64,000 nucleotides of DNA from Ignavibacteriota bacterium (GTDB lineage: Bacteria > Bacteroidota > Ignavibacteria > Palsa-1295): the NCBI GenBank assembly GCA_963787835.1, contig CAWBEI010000002.1, forward strand, positions 1,408,001 through 1,472,000, written 5' to 3'. How positions within the stretch are numbered: the first letter of the stretch is position 1; the number at the start of each line of letters is the position of its first letter. The notes under the pieces are model-generated. The model searched no databases and had not been told where the DNA came from. It saw only the letters and a list, made by a program, of their open reading frames with translations. This document shows positions 48,855-58,342 of this stretch, in pieces. The translations under genes and the position numbers were made by a program.

Positions 48855-49964
48855 TTAGTAGGAACGAGAAGTGTGGAGTAACCATTCAGCCACGATCCTG
48901 GCGGCATCGGGATTATCTCTTTTTTTCATTGCTTCTGACATTGCGTTTAATCGTGTTGGTGCTTCGAGCAAAGCAAAAATCGTTTGTGCGAGCATGGTGT
49001 CTAATTCAGTATCGCGGAGGACTATTGCCGCACCATCCCGTTCGAAGGAGCGTGCATTATGTTCCTGATGGTTATCCATCGCTCCAGACCACGGCACAAG
49101 GATGGCCGGTTTCCCGAGCCTCGCTAATTCCGCCAGCGAGGAAGCGCCTGCGCGGCAGACGACAAGGTCTGCCGCACGATAGGCTTGCTCCATCTCATAA
49201 ATGTACTCCGCGACACGAACGTTCGGCATGTTCGCAAATTCTCTTTGAAGTTCAGCTACGTTTGCACTGCGGCCCGTTTGCCATACGATGTTATATCCAT
49301 GCTCTGAGATCGCTTGTGCACACCCTTTCATTGCTTCATTGATGGCGCGTGCTCCGAGCGAACCACCAAACACAAGAATGGTCGTGCGTGTCGTATCCAG
49401 TCCAAAGGATCTGCGTGCATCTTCCGCAGTGATCCGCCCATCGCCAAGTTCCGAACGTACTGGAGTTCCACATACCGTTGCTGATCCAGAAATTCGGTTT
49501 GGAAAGTGATTCGCCGATTCTTTATACGCAAGAAATAATTTTTTTGCAATACGGGAAAGTAACTTATTCGCGCTTCCCGGAATGGAATTAATTTCAAGGA
49601 GGGCGATGGGTATCCGCGAGAGCCATGCAGCAATTCCAACCGGCACGGTCAAATACGCTCCTGCGCCCAACATGGCAGATGGCTTTTCCTTTCTTATCAG
49701 AGCGATGCAATCTAAAATTGCGTTCACAAATTTCCATGGAAAGGCGAGAAGTGACGAAATGGATTTTCGTGGCGCGTGGATGTCGATCGGCACAAAAGGA
49801 AATCCTGCTCTCGGAACTTCCTTTGCTTCGATGCGGTCTCGCGTGCCGACGAAAATTACTTTTGCATCCGGATAGTCTTTCCGAATTTCTTCTGCGACCG
49901 CAATGGCGGGGTACAAATGCCCGCCTGTTCCGCCTGCAGCGATAAGGATGGTCTTGTTAGGCAA
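48855..49964 (-). CDS. murG: Lipid II GlcNAc transferase
   Basis: GGTGGHLYP, GGSLGA, RAGASS, HQEHNA. Confidence 0.97.
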   Translation of the reverse strand: MPNKTILIAAGGTGGHLYPAIAVAEEIRKDYPDAKVIFVGTRDRIEAKEVPRAGFPFVPIDIHAPRKSISSLLAFPWKFVNAILDCIALIRKEKPSAMLGAGAYLTVPVGIAAWLSRIPIALLEINSIPGSANKLLSRIAKKLFLAYKESANHFPNRISGSATVCGTPVRSELGDGRITAEDARRSFGLDTTRTTILVFGGSLGARAINEAMKGCAQAISEHGYNIVWQTGRSANVAELQREFANMPNVRVAEYIYEMEQAYRAADLVVCRAGASSLAELARLGKPAILVPWSGAMDNHQEHNARSFERDGAAIVLRDTELDTMLAQTIFALLEAPTRLNAMSEAMKKRDNPDAARIVAEWLLHTSRSY

Positions 49965-51129
49965 GTGCTTCTTCCTGCGGCGGTTTTAGAATGCGTGAGA
50001 TCCGTTCACCGAACGTCACTTTCGGCGGCTTCGGAAGTGTCACGGCATATTTCGAAATATTGAGCAGCACCCCGATCGCGGCGGCGCTGAAGATCATGCT
50101 GGTGCCGCCATAGCTGACGAACGGCATCGGAAGTCCGGTCACCGGCATCAGGCCCACATTGACAAAGGCGTTTATCAGTGCATAGAGCGACACGGTCATC
50201 GTAATCCCGAATGCCGTATAGCGGCCGAATGCATCCGGCGCGTGTTTGGCGATCTGAATGCCACGCACGGCAATGAACCCGAAGACGAAGAGCAGTACGG
50301 CAGCGCCAAGAAAGCCATACTCCTCGCCGATCACCGAGTAAATAAAATCCCCGTAGGACTCGGGAAGGAAAAACATGCTCTGCCGCGATTGCCCGATGCC
50401 CACCCCAAAAATTCCGCCATTTCCGAAGGCAAGGAGTGCCTGGTCGGTTTGGTATGCTACTTGGGAAGTATGCTGGGTGTGGTGCCCGACAAAAGCTAAC
50501 ATGCGTTGCACACGATAGCTTGCGGTGAGTGCAAAGATCCCTCCGCCAAACAGTGCAAGCACCCCGCTGGTTAGCATGTATTTTAGCGGCACCTGCGCAA
50601 CATACATGATACCGAATGCGATAATTATCAGCACGCTTGCGGTGGACATGTTCGGCTGCTTGGCAATGAGCGCCGCCGCCGCAAGTGCCCAGAATGCGAT
50701 GGGAAGGAATGCTTTCTTGAAATCACCGATGATCTCCTGTTTTGCGGCGCAGAGTGCAGCGACATGCAGCACTAATGCGAATTTTGCAAACTCTGCCGGT
50801 TGGAAACTAAAAGCTCCAACTCCGAGCCAGCGCCGTGCACCAAGCTCGCGCGTCCCCACGAAAAGCACAGCAACAAGCAGGAATAGGGAAGAGAGCATGA
50901 TCCACTTCGTTTGCTTTTCGAACTTGTGATAATCAATTTTCGTGAATAGGATCATCGCTACGAAGGAGAGAAATACTTTCTTCGCATGGTTGAACAGCAT
51001 GGATTCGCTCGCGCCCATCTTCACCGCGCTGAACGAGGCGCTCGCCGTATAAACGAACGCCAATGAAGCGAGCAAAAGACCGGTGACGGTCAAAAACAGG
51101 CTAAGATCGGCAGTGCGTTTGGGTTTCAT
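49957..51129 (-). CDS. ftsW: Peptidoglycan glycosyltransferase FtsW
   Basis: GARRW, FQPAEFAK, PVTGLPMPFVSYGG. Confidence 0.96.
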   Translation of the reverse strand: MKPKRTADLSLFLTVTGLLLASLAFVYTASASFSAVKMGASESMLFNHAKKVFLSFVAMILFTKIDYHKFEKQTKWIMLSSLFLLVAVLFVGTRELGARRWLGVGAFSFQPAEFAKFALVLHVAALCAAKQEIIGDFKKAFLPIAFWALAAAALIAKQPNMSTASVLIIIAFGIMYVAQVPLKYMLTSGVLALFGGGIFALTASYRVQRMLAFVGHHTQHTSQVAYQTDQALLAFGNGGIFGVGIGQSRQSMFFLPESYGDFIYSVIGEEYGFLGAAVLLFVFGFIAVRGIQIAKHAPDAFGRYTAFGITMTVSLYALINAFVNVGLMPVTGLPMPFVSYGGTSMIFSAAAIGVLLNISKYAVTLPKPPKVTFGERISRILKPPQEEALA

Positions 51130-51138
51130 AGGTTAATG

Positions 51139-52068
51139 TTACTTATTCTTCTTATTTCCACTTCTAATTTCCGCAAGTTCTTCTGGTGTTTTTATGCTTC
51201 CAGAACAAACATCTCCCTCGGATTCTCCATTATACCATGTCATTATTTCTTTGAGGCGAGATTGTTCAAGAAACCCAGCAATCTCAGATTCGCACATCGG
51301 AAAAACACTTCCATAATAGTTACCGTTGCTATCCGCGTATGGGAAAATGGCTTTCATTTCAGCATCTCGGAATAGCAGCCATGCGAGTTCTGCATCCTTG
51401 AATCTGTCAGTGAATACTGTGTCGTCATCGTAATCACGCAAAATAGCATGATATACTCGATTTAGTTCTTTGTCAATGCTTTCATATTCATTCCCAGCTT
51501 GTTCGTCTAAATCTCGCTGATTATCGTCATAATGCTTAAGCCATCTTAGCGTTGAATCGGCGAAATGGGTTAAATACGTGTTTTGAGATTTAGAACTACC
51601 CAAAAGATTTTTCGCTGCTATTTCCGTTTTCTCGCGGAGAGTATCTAAACTTATCGAGAAGAAATCTGAATCCAACCGCACTAGGGTTATTGTGAGCACA
51701 CCAGCGAGAACATTCAGATCTTGAGGAGCAAAATTTTTAGCACTGTCGGCTTCAATTGTTGCCAGAAGCCGATCATTTGCATCACCTCTTGAAAGTAAAA
51801 GTGCATAATCAATTCGTGCCTCTGCATCTTGGCTTTTCTGTGCTAAATATGCTTTGAGTGCTTTCTTGGCTTTGTCGTTGTAGCCATAGTCTTCTGCTGC
51901 TCTTGCGTACGCAAGTTCCATTGCAGATTGAGACTGCGGCTTATTCAAAACATTCTCGAAGTACTTAAGAACCAGCTCAGCATGTTTATTGAGAAGAGTA
52001 TCCTTCATGTGCTCTTGTGCAAACAGCACATTCGTAGATAAAAGGAAAACGACGCATAATAGCTTCAT
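51139..52068 (-). CDS. Secreted TPR-like protein with a C-terminal LprI/DUF1311 domain
   Basis: Signal peptide; DKELNRVY...AELAWLLFRDAE...GSVFPMC; AT-rich. Confidence 0.75.
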   Translation of the reverse strand: MKLLCVVFLLSTNVLFAQEHMKDTLLNKHAELVLKYFENVLNKPQSQSAMELAYARAAEDYGYNDKAKKALKAYLAQKSQDAEARIDYALLLSRGDANDRLLATIEADSAKNFAPQDLNVLAGVLTITLVRLDSDFFSISLDTLREKTEIAAKNLLGSSKSQNTYLTHFADSTLRWLKHYDDNQRDLDEQAGNEYESIDKELNRVYHAILRDYDDDTVFTDRFKDAELAWLLFRDAEMKAIFPYADSNGNYYGSVFPMCESEIAGFLEQSRLKEIMTWYNGESEGDVCSGSIKTPEELAEIRSGNKKNK

Positions 52069-52081
52069 ATTATTATAAAGC

Positions 52082-53452
52082 CTACAGTTGATTTACCAAT
52101 TCCTTAAACACTTTTCCGCGATGCTCATAATTATCGAACATATCGAAACTTGCGCAAGCGGGGGAGAGCAGTACGATGTCGCCGGGCGCGGCTGCATCTT
52201 TTGCTAATTTCACGGCATCTTCCATCGACATTCCAGCGGAATAGATCGGCTTCGTCGCACCAAAAAACTTCTCGATCTTCTCCGCGCCTTTGCCAACGGT
52301 GACGATGGCTTTTACATGCTCACCAACCAAATCAGCAATTTGCGAATAATCGTTGCCCTTGTCTTTTCCTCCGGCGATGAGCACGATCGGCTCCTTAAAG
52401 CTTCCGAGCGCATAGTAAACGGAATCGACGTTCGTGGCTTTCGAATCGTTGTAATACTTCACGCCATTTAGTTCTCGCACGAATTCGATGCGGTGCTCCA
52501 CTCCTTTGAATTCCCGAAGCGTTTCGCGGATGGCATCGTATTCTACGCCCATTGCGCGCGTCATGAGCGCGGCGGCCATCGCATTCATCAAATTATGCGG
52601 TCCGGGAATACCGATCTCATTCCGGGCAATGAGAACTTCTTTTTCGCGCCCTATGCGAAGAATAACATCATCGCCGGCAAGATACGCGCCTTGTTTAAGT
52701 TCTTCTTTCAGGGAAAACCCCAGTGTCCGGATATTTACCGTGTCGGCGCAGTTACGGGCGTGGTCGTCATCATGATTATAGACGAATACATCGTAGCCCT
52801 TCTGATTTTCGACAATGCGGTACTTCGACTGAATATAGGCTTCGTAATTCTTGTATCGGTCGAGATGATCGGGCGTGATATTTAATAGAGCAGAAACTTT
52901 CGGTCGGAACGTATCGATGGCGTCCAACTGAAAACTTGATACTTCTAATACTACGACGGCTTTCTCACCTTCGGATGATCGCTCAGCCGTGTTAGCCTGG
53001 TCCACGATCTCCGAAAAAGCGATTCCAATATTTCCTGCGACAAAGGTATTCCATCCCGCGAGCTTGAAAATTTCACCAACCAATGTGGTTGTTGTTGTTT
53101 TCCCATTCGTTCCCGTGATGGCAACGATAGGCGCTTCGCACTGATCGAATGCAATTTCGATCTCACTCAGGATCTTTATCTGTTTCTCTCGCGCCAATTT
53201 TACGATGGGCGCATCGATCGGAACGCCAGGGCTGAGTACGACGTAATCCGCATCGAGCACACGGTGGGTATTGTCTCCAAATTCATATTCAATTCCGATC
53301 TCGTCTAACTCTTTGGCGGCATCCTCGAACTTATTTTTTTTACCCTTCTCGGAAAGAAATACTTTTGCTCGCCGCGTTTTCAGCAAACGCGCGACCGCGA
53401 GGCCGGATTTTCCGGCACCTAAGATCGAAAAGCGTTTACCTCGAACAAGCAT
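52082..53452 (-). CDS. murD: UDP-MurNAc-L-Ala-D-glutamate ligase
   Basis: ITGTNGKTTT, EVSSFQL, DHLDRY, NDSKATN, SPACASFD. Confidence 0.98.
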   Translation of the reverse strand: MLVRGKRFSILGAGKSGLAVARLLKTRRAKVFLSEKGKKNKFEDAAKELDEIGIEYEFGDNTHRVLDADYVVLSPGVPIDAPIVKLAREKQIKILSEIEIAFDQCEAPIVAITGTNGKTTTTTLVGEIFKLAGWNTFVAGNIGIAFSEIVDQANTAERSSEGEKAVVVLEVSSFQLDAIDTFRPKVSALLNITPDHLDRYKNYEAYIQSKYRIVENQKGYDVFVYNHDDDHARNCADTVNIRTLGFSLKEELKQGAYLAGDDVILRIGREKEVLIARNEIGIPGPHNLMNAMAAALMTRAMGVEYDAIRETLREFKGVEHRIEFVRELNGVKYYNDSKATNVDSVYYALGSFKEPIVLIAGGKDKGNDYSQIADLVGEHVKAIVTVGKGAEKIEKFFGATKPIYSAGMSMEDAVKLAKDAAAPGDIVLLSPACASFDMFDNYEHRGKVFKELVNQL

Positions 53453-53454
53453 AA

Positions 53455-53529
53455 TAGTGGATGGTTGATAGTGGAAAGTGAATAGTGATAATTATCAGTC
53501 ATACACTATCGACTTTCCACTATCCACTC
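53455..53529 (-). repeat. Heptamer-repeat inverted hairpin (TAGTGGA / TCCACTA) between mraY and murD
   Basis: Plus strand tagtgga tggttga tagtgga aagtgaa tagtgat ... tacacta tcgactt tccacta tccactc. Confidence 0.9.
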
Positions 53530-53534
53530 ATGTG

Positions 53535-54662
53535 TTACCGTACCTTAAACGTAGTCAGCGCCAGAATTGCAAGAATGATCGCCGTGATATACGCACGGGT
53601 AACGATCTTGGTCTCCGTCCAGCCGCAAAGTTGAAAATGGTGATGAATGGGGGCCATCCGAAATATTCTCCGGCCCTGCCCATATTTCTTGCGCGTGTAT
53701 TTGAAATATCCGGTCTGCACAATGACGGAGATGGATTCTAAAAAGAATATTCCTCCTACGATCGGCAGGACAAACTCCTTTTTGCAAAGCACCATCAGCG
53801 TTCCCATGGCACTGCCCAGAGCCAGCGATCCCGTATCGCCCATGATGACTTCCGCAGGATATGCATTATACCACAAAAAGCCAAGCACGGCTCCGACAAG
53901 CGCAGAACAAAAGACGGTCAGTTCACCCGCGCCGCGCAGGTAGGGAATGTTCAGGTAATCGCTCAGTTGAAGATTACCAGAAAAATAGGCAATGGCTCCG
54001 ATCGGAATGAATGCGATCGCAACCGTACCGGCACTCAGGCCATCGAGACCATCCGTCAAATTTACGGCGTTCGATGTGGCCGTAATAATGAAAATAACGA
54101 ACAGCACATACAAGTATGGCCCGAACTCGAACACAAGGTTCTTGAAGAATGGAACCGTCGTCGCCGTTCGAATATCGACACCCGCATATTTAAAAAGGCT
54201 TGGCTCGAAAATGATCGTGAGTGCGATAAGTAACCCGACAGCCGTTTGTCCGGCGATTTTATAAATTCCTATCAGTCCTTTCTTTTTCTTCTTAACGACC
54301 TTTAAGTAATCATCCAGGAACCCGACACCGCCTAAGAGCACCGTCGCAAGCACAACGAGGATGATGAACAGATTTCCCAGGTCTCCCCATAACAACGTGG
54401 GTACGACGATGGAGATCAGAATAATGATCCCACCCATCGTCGGCGTGCCGGCTTTTTTCAGATGTTCTTTCGGTGCTTCCTCTTTGCCGGTATCGCCGAT
54501 CTGGAGCTGCCTTAACCGAGCGATGATCTTCGGCCCGCTCCAGAGGCTAAGGGCCAGTGCGCTCATGGCAGCCAGCGCGCTGCGAAACGTCAGGTAGCGG
54601 AATAGATCCCCACCCGGCGGGTTGAATGCTTTGTTGATCCAGTTAAATAAATAGTAAAACAA
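53535..54662 (-). CDS. mraY: Phospho-MurNAc-pentapeptide transferase
   Basis: GTPTMGG, GFLDDY, NAVNLTDGLDGL, MGDTGSL, MAPIHHHF; TTG start. Confidence 0.98.
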   Translation of the reverse strand: MFYYLFNWINKAFNPPGGDLFRYLTFRSALAAMSALALSLWSGPKIIARLRQLQIGDTGKEEAPKEHLKKAGTPTMGGIIILISIVVPTLLWGDLGNLFIILVVLATVLLGGVGFLDDYLKVVKKKKKGLIGIYKIAGQTAVGLLIALTIIFEPSLFKYAGVDIRTATTVPFFKNLVFEFGPYLYVLFVIFIITATSNAVNLTDGLDGLSAGTVAIAFIPIGAIAYFSGNLQLSDYLNIPYLRGAGELTVFCSALVGAVLGFLWYNAYPAEVIMGDTGSLALGSAMGTLMVLCKKEFVLPIVGGIFFLESISVIVQTGYFKYTRKKYGQGRRIFRMAPIHHHFQLCGWTETKIVTRAYITAIILAILALTTFKVR

Positions 54663-55091
54663 GTAAAAATTAAAAATTAAGAATTAAGAAGTGGGGTCAT
54701 CGTTTTTCCGAGTTGATTTGATGATCGAACTGAGGATTTTGCAAAGTTCTTCGCAATCTTTAATAAACGAATCAGCGAGCTTTCGGTCGATCTTATTCGA
54801 TTCACGTAAAAGCCTAAGCCAATAACGAGTTTCACGAGCCTCTTTGTATGTAATTGCATTTTTCGAGATAAACTCTTTTCGCGATACGGCTGCTGTTGCT
54901 TCTTCAGCATTGGCACCGATCCCAGCACCGGATCGTAATACCTGATCCGCAAGAACAAATGCTCGATGCTCAATAAGCAGATCGCTTAATTTTATTATTC
55001 TCAACCCGAAATCAAAGCTCTTGGTCAGAATGGCACTTTCTTTCATCCGATCCCCAATTCTTAATTTTTAATTCTTACTTATTACTTAATT
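54661..55091 (-). repeat. Inverted heptamer arms (AAGAATT / AATTCTT) enclosing the four-helix-bundle gene
   Basis: 54661-54685 aagtaaaaattaaaaattaagaatt versus 55056-55080 aattcttaatttttaattcttactt: 24/25 complementary. Confidence 0.92.
54684..55046 (-). CDS. Four-helix bundle protein (23S rRNA IVP / TIGR02436 family, Avd-like fold)
   Basis: KSFDFGLRII, DQVLRSGAGIGANAEEA, SRKEFISK, KEARETRYWLRLL. Confidence 0.93.
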   Translation of the reverse strand: MKESAILTKSFDFGLRIIKLSDLLIEHRAFVLADQVLRSGAGIGANAEEATAAVSRKEFISKNAITYKEARETRYWLRLLRESNKIDRKLADSFIKDCEELCKILSSIIKSTRKNDDPTS

Positions 55092-56498
55092 TCATCCTTT
55101 TTGTAAAAGATCGATCAACTCCTCCATTTTCATTCCACGCGAGCCTTTGATGAGGAGTGCATCGCCGGGGCGCAATGCGTCCCGCAATGCCGAAGCCAGT
55201 TCTTCCTTTTGTGCAAAATAAGAATTCTTTGCAGCGCCATTCGTCGATTCCGCAGCCGTATAGGAACGCTTGGCCTCTGTGCCAGTGAAATAGGTGTGGT
55301 GAAATCGGAACTCAGCCACCTTGTGCCCTAAGGCCCGATGTTCCCGGGCAGCGGCACTCCCTAATTCGAGCATATCGCCAAGCGCCGCGAAGCGTCTGCC
55401 TTTAACAGGAAATTCTTTCAGGGTACGAAACGCAGATTCCATCGAATCAGGATTTGCATTATAGGCATCGTTGAGTATGGTGATGCCATCGACGCGCATA
55501 ACCTCAAGCCGGTTAGCATGAGGGTGGAAGGATTCGATCTGCGGTTTGATCTCCACGCGGCGCATGTGAAAATGCAGACCGACCGCGACTGCGGCAGCGA
55601 TGACGTTCGGAGCATAATCGGCGAATAGATGTGTGCGGATCACGAACGACTTACCATCGCATGTTAACCTGATCTCCACGCGGCCATCCTTCGCAAAACC
55701 CATTCGTTCGGCTTGAACGGATAATCCGTTGATGGTTGGGCCCGATCCGTAGGTCATTGCATGGGTTCCAAATTTTTTTGCTGCTGTCTTGAGGTAAGGA
55801 TCGTCCATATTGATGAACGCAAATCCTTCATGATTCAAGACATAATCGAATGCTGCTTTCTCTTCGCGGGCAACGCCTTTCAGATCCTTGAAAAATTCAA
55901 GATGTTCCTTGCCGATATTCGTAATCAGAGCGTGCGTCGGTTGTGCGACATCGCAGAGCCACGCAATTTCGCCGGGATGATTGGTGCCGATCTCAAGTAC
56001 GGCTGCCTCATGCCCACCGCGAAGCTGGAATATTGTATGTGGTACGCCGATCTGGTTGTTGTAATTCGCTTCCGTTTTCAGTACATCCAGCGAACCGGAT
56101 AAAACCTGCGCAACCAGTTCTTTCGTTGTTGTTTTTCCATTCGAGCCAGCGATGACCAGAACGGGAATATTGAATTTCTGCCGATAAAGTTTTGCTAATG
56201 CGCCGTACGCATCGAGCGAGCTGTTAACGACGAGCAACGGCAGTGGATGATTTCGTCCCTTCCGGCTTTCATACCACTCGTTGCTTACGACCGCTGCAAG
56301 CGCACCTTCTTTTGCGACCTGGCTCAGATATTGGTGCCCATCGAATCGCTCGCCGGTGAGCGATATAAAGAGATCATCCCGCCTAAGCGTGCGTGAATCC
56401 GTAGAAACATCTCGAATGGTGCGCGAAAGCCCCAATGCACGCACTCCTATTTCGCGCACGAACTCAATGCTGAGAAGATCTTGAATAGTTAGATTCAA
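55092..56498 (-). CDS. murF: UDP-MurNAc-tripeptide-D-Ala-D-Ala ligase
   Basis: GSNGKTTTK, NNQIGVP, DAYNANPDS, LIKGSRG. Confidence 0.97.
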   Translation of the reverse strand: MNLTIQDLLSIEFVREIGVRALGLSRTIRDVSTDSRTLRRDDLFISLTGERFDGHQYLSQVAKEGALAAVVSNEWYESRKGRNHPLPLLVVNSSLDAYGALAKLYRQKFNIPVLVIAGSNGKTTTKELVAQVLSGSLDVLKTEANYNNQIGVPHTIFQLRGGHEAAVLEIGTNHPGEIAWLCDVAQPTHALITNIGKEHLEFFKDLKGVAREEKAAFDYVLNHEGFAFINMDDPYLKTAAKKFGTHAMTYGSGPTINGLSVQAERMGFAKDGRVEIRLTCDGKSFVIRTHLFADYAPNVIAAAVAVGLHFHMRRVEIKPQIESFHPHANRLEVMRVDGITILNDAYNANPDSMESAFRTLKEFPVKGRRFAALGDMLELGSAAAREHRALGHKVAEFRFHHTYFTGTEAKRSYTAAESTNGAAKNSYFAQKEELASALRDALRPGDALLIKGSRGMKMEELIDLLQKG

Positions 56499-56667
56499 CG
56501 TTAGTCCAAGGCTTGACTCAAGTGGAACTTCATGCCGCGCAAATAATGGTCGGAGTGAACCGGAGCAATAAAAACTGCTGAGATCAAAAACTGCGTAGAG
56601 CAGCGATCAATGTATTGTAACAGCGATAACAGGCTGTTGCGCTCCCTTATACCTGACACTTCTTTTT

Positions 56668-58221
56668 TTACAAGGCAGCATTCGCTTTCAAAACCTGCTC
56701 CCGGTCGTCAAAGAACAGATGTTCTTTGCCAACGATCTGATATTGCTCATGCCCTTTTCCCGCCACCAGAAGGACATCCCCGGCTTCCGTGAGGGACATA
56801 CCTATCTCTATCGCTTTTGCCCTATCTGGCTCAATTTCAACAGAATTTCGTCCGGAATCAGGAATTCCAGCCACTATATTGCTGATGATGGCAAGCGGGT
56901 CCTCAGAGCGAGGGTTATCATTCGTAATAATGACATGATCCGATAATCTTGCCGCGATTTCGCCCATTTGAGGCCGTTTTCCTTTGTCGCGTCCGCCTCC
57001 GCATCCAAAGACCGTTATGATCTTATTCGCAGACGAAATAATGGCGCGAATCGTCTCGATCACATTAAGGAGGGCGTCTGGTGTGTGCGCGTAATCGATT
57101 ATGGCATACGCACCATTTTTTAGCGTAATACGCTCGAAGCGCCCCCGGACGGGCTGAATGGTCGGAATAAGTTTCGATAATTCTCCAAGCGAATATCCTT
57201 CCACTCCGAAGTATAGTGCACTCGCCGATGCGAGTATGTTCTCAACATTTATCCTGCCGGAAAGCGGAGATTCAATCGGAGCCCGCTCATCTGAGAACCT
57301 TTTCTCGACTCTGAATTTTGCGCCTTCAGTTGAAAACGTTACATCGTACGCCATGAGATCGGCGTGTGCTGGTGTTCCTTGTTTGTGGATGCCATACGAA
57401 TGCACATTCGCGACCGAATTCTGGACGATTGCGAGGCCATATGGATCATCGGCATTTGTGATCGCAATGGCGGTATCTTTAAGCCTGCTGAACAGCTTTT
57501 GTTTCGCCGCAAAATATTCTTCCATCGTATGATGGAAGTCAAGGTGGTCTTGGGTAAGATTTGTAAAGACGGCAATATCGAAATCGAGCGCGGCCACGCG
57601 CTCCAGCGCAAGTGCATGGGAACTGACTTCCATCACGCACGTCGTGATATGCTCGGAAACCATCCTCGCGAGCAATTCGGATAGGTCCCGTGATTCGGGC
57701 GTCGTATGGGTCGCGGGCGTTTCTTCCTCACCGATAAAAATACCGACCGTGCCAATAAGCCCAACTTTTTCGCCGCGTCGGCTTAATAACTGGCGAATGA
57801 TATTCGTAACGGTCGTCTTTCCGTTCGTGCCGGTCACCCCGATCAGGCGGAGCTTTGTGCTTGGCTCGCCGAAAGCCCATTCGGAAATAAAGGCGAGTGC
57901 GCGACGGGAATCTTTAACCACAAGGCGCGCGACCTGAGCACGCATGGCATCCTCACGCGTGAATGCAGAATCCTCTTCCAGAACGATCGCGCTCGCGCCA
58001 TTCGCAAGGGCTTGTGGGATGAAGGCGTGCCCATCCGTTTCGAAGCCGCGAATAGCAAAGAAAGTATCGCCAGGCTGAACCTTGCGAGAATCGTATTGCG
58101 GCCGCGAGAGATCGGCCTCCCCAACTTCATACAAGTCGAGAAGGCCGATCTCTTCAATCAGCCGAGGATGGTACGCATCGTCTCCGATGCTGTCCATCCT
58201 ATTTTGCTCACTAAATTTCAT
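56668..58221 (-). CDS. murE: UDP-MurNAc-dipeptide-diamino acid ligase
   Basis: GTNGKTT, MEVSSH, DHLDFH, DYAHTPD, DNPR (DAP-type), AGKGHE. Confidence 0.97.
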   Translation of the reverse strand: MKFSEQNRMDSIGDDAYHPRLIEEIGLLDLYEVGEADLSRPQYDSRKVQPGDTFFAIRGFETDGHAFIPQALANGASAIVLEEDSAFTREDAMRAQVARLVVKDSRRALAFISEWAFGEPSTKLRLIGVTGTNGKTTVTNIIRQLLSRRGEKVGLIGTVGIFIGEEETPATHTTPESRDLSELLARMVSEHITTCVMEVSSHALALERVAALDFDIAVFTNLTQDHLDFHHTMEEYFAAKQKLFSRLKDTAIAITNADDPYGLAIVQNSVANVHSYGIHKQGTPAHADLMAYDVTFSTEGAKFRVEKRFSDERAPIESPLSGRINVENILASASALYFGVEGYSLGELSKLIPTIQPVRGRFERITLKNGAYAIIDYAHTPDALLNVIETIRAIISSANKIITVFGCGGGRDKGKRPQMGEIAARLSDHVIITNDNPRSEDPLAIISNIVAGIPDSGRNSVEIEPDRAKAIEIGMSLTEAGDVLLVAGKGHEQYQIVGKEHLFFDDREQVLKANAAL

Positions 58222-58259
58222 TTTTCAACGAACGCCGCCTGACTTAGGAGCGATCACGG

Positions 58260-58342
58260 TCAATAATCAATGATAAATGGTGGATAATGAGATCAGGAAA
58301 CACATCCTGTTCATCATTCATCATTCAAAATTCATCTTTGTC
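58260..58342 (-). repeat. Heptamer-repeat inverted hairpin (TGATGAA-type) between ftsI and murE
   Basis: Plus strand taatcaa tgataaa tggtgga taatgag ... ttcatca ttcatca ttcaaaa ttcatct. Confidence 0.8.

Noticed and set aside
54684-55046. Diversity-generating retroelement (Avd-like gene, duplicated adhesin ends)
   Set aside because: No reverse transcriptase is present, and the paralog differences are mostly synonymous rather than adenine-specific TR/VR changes.
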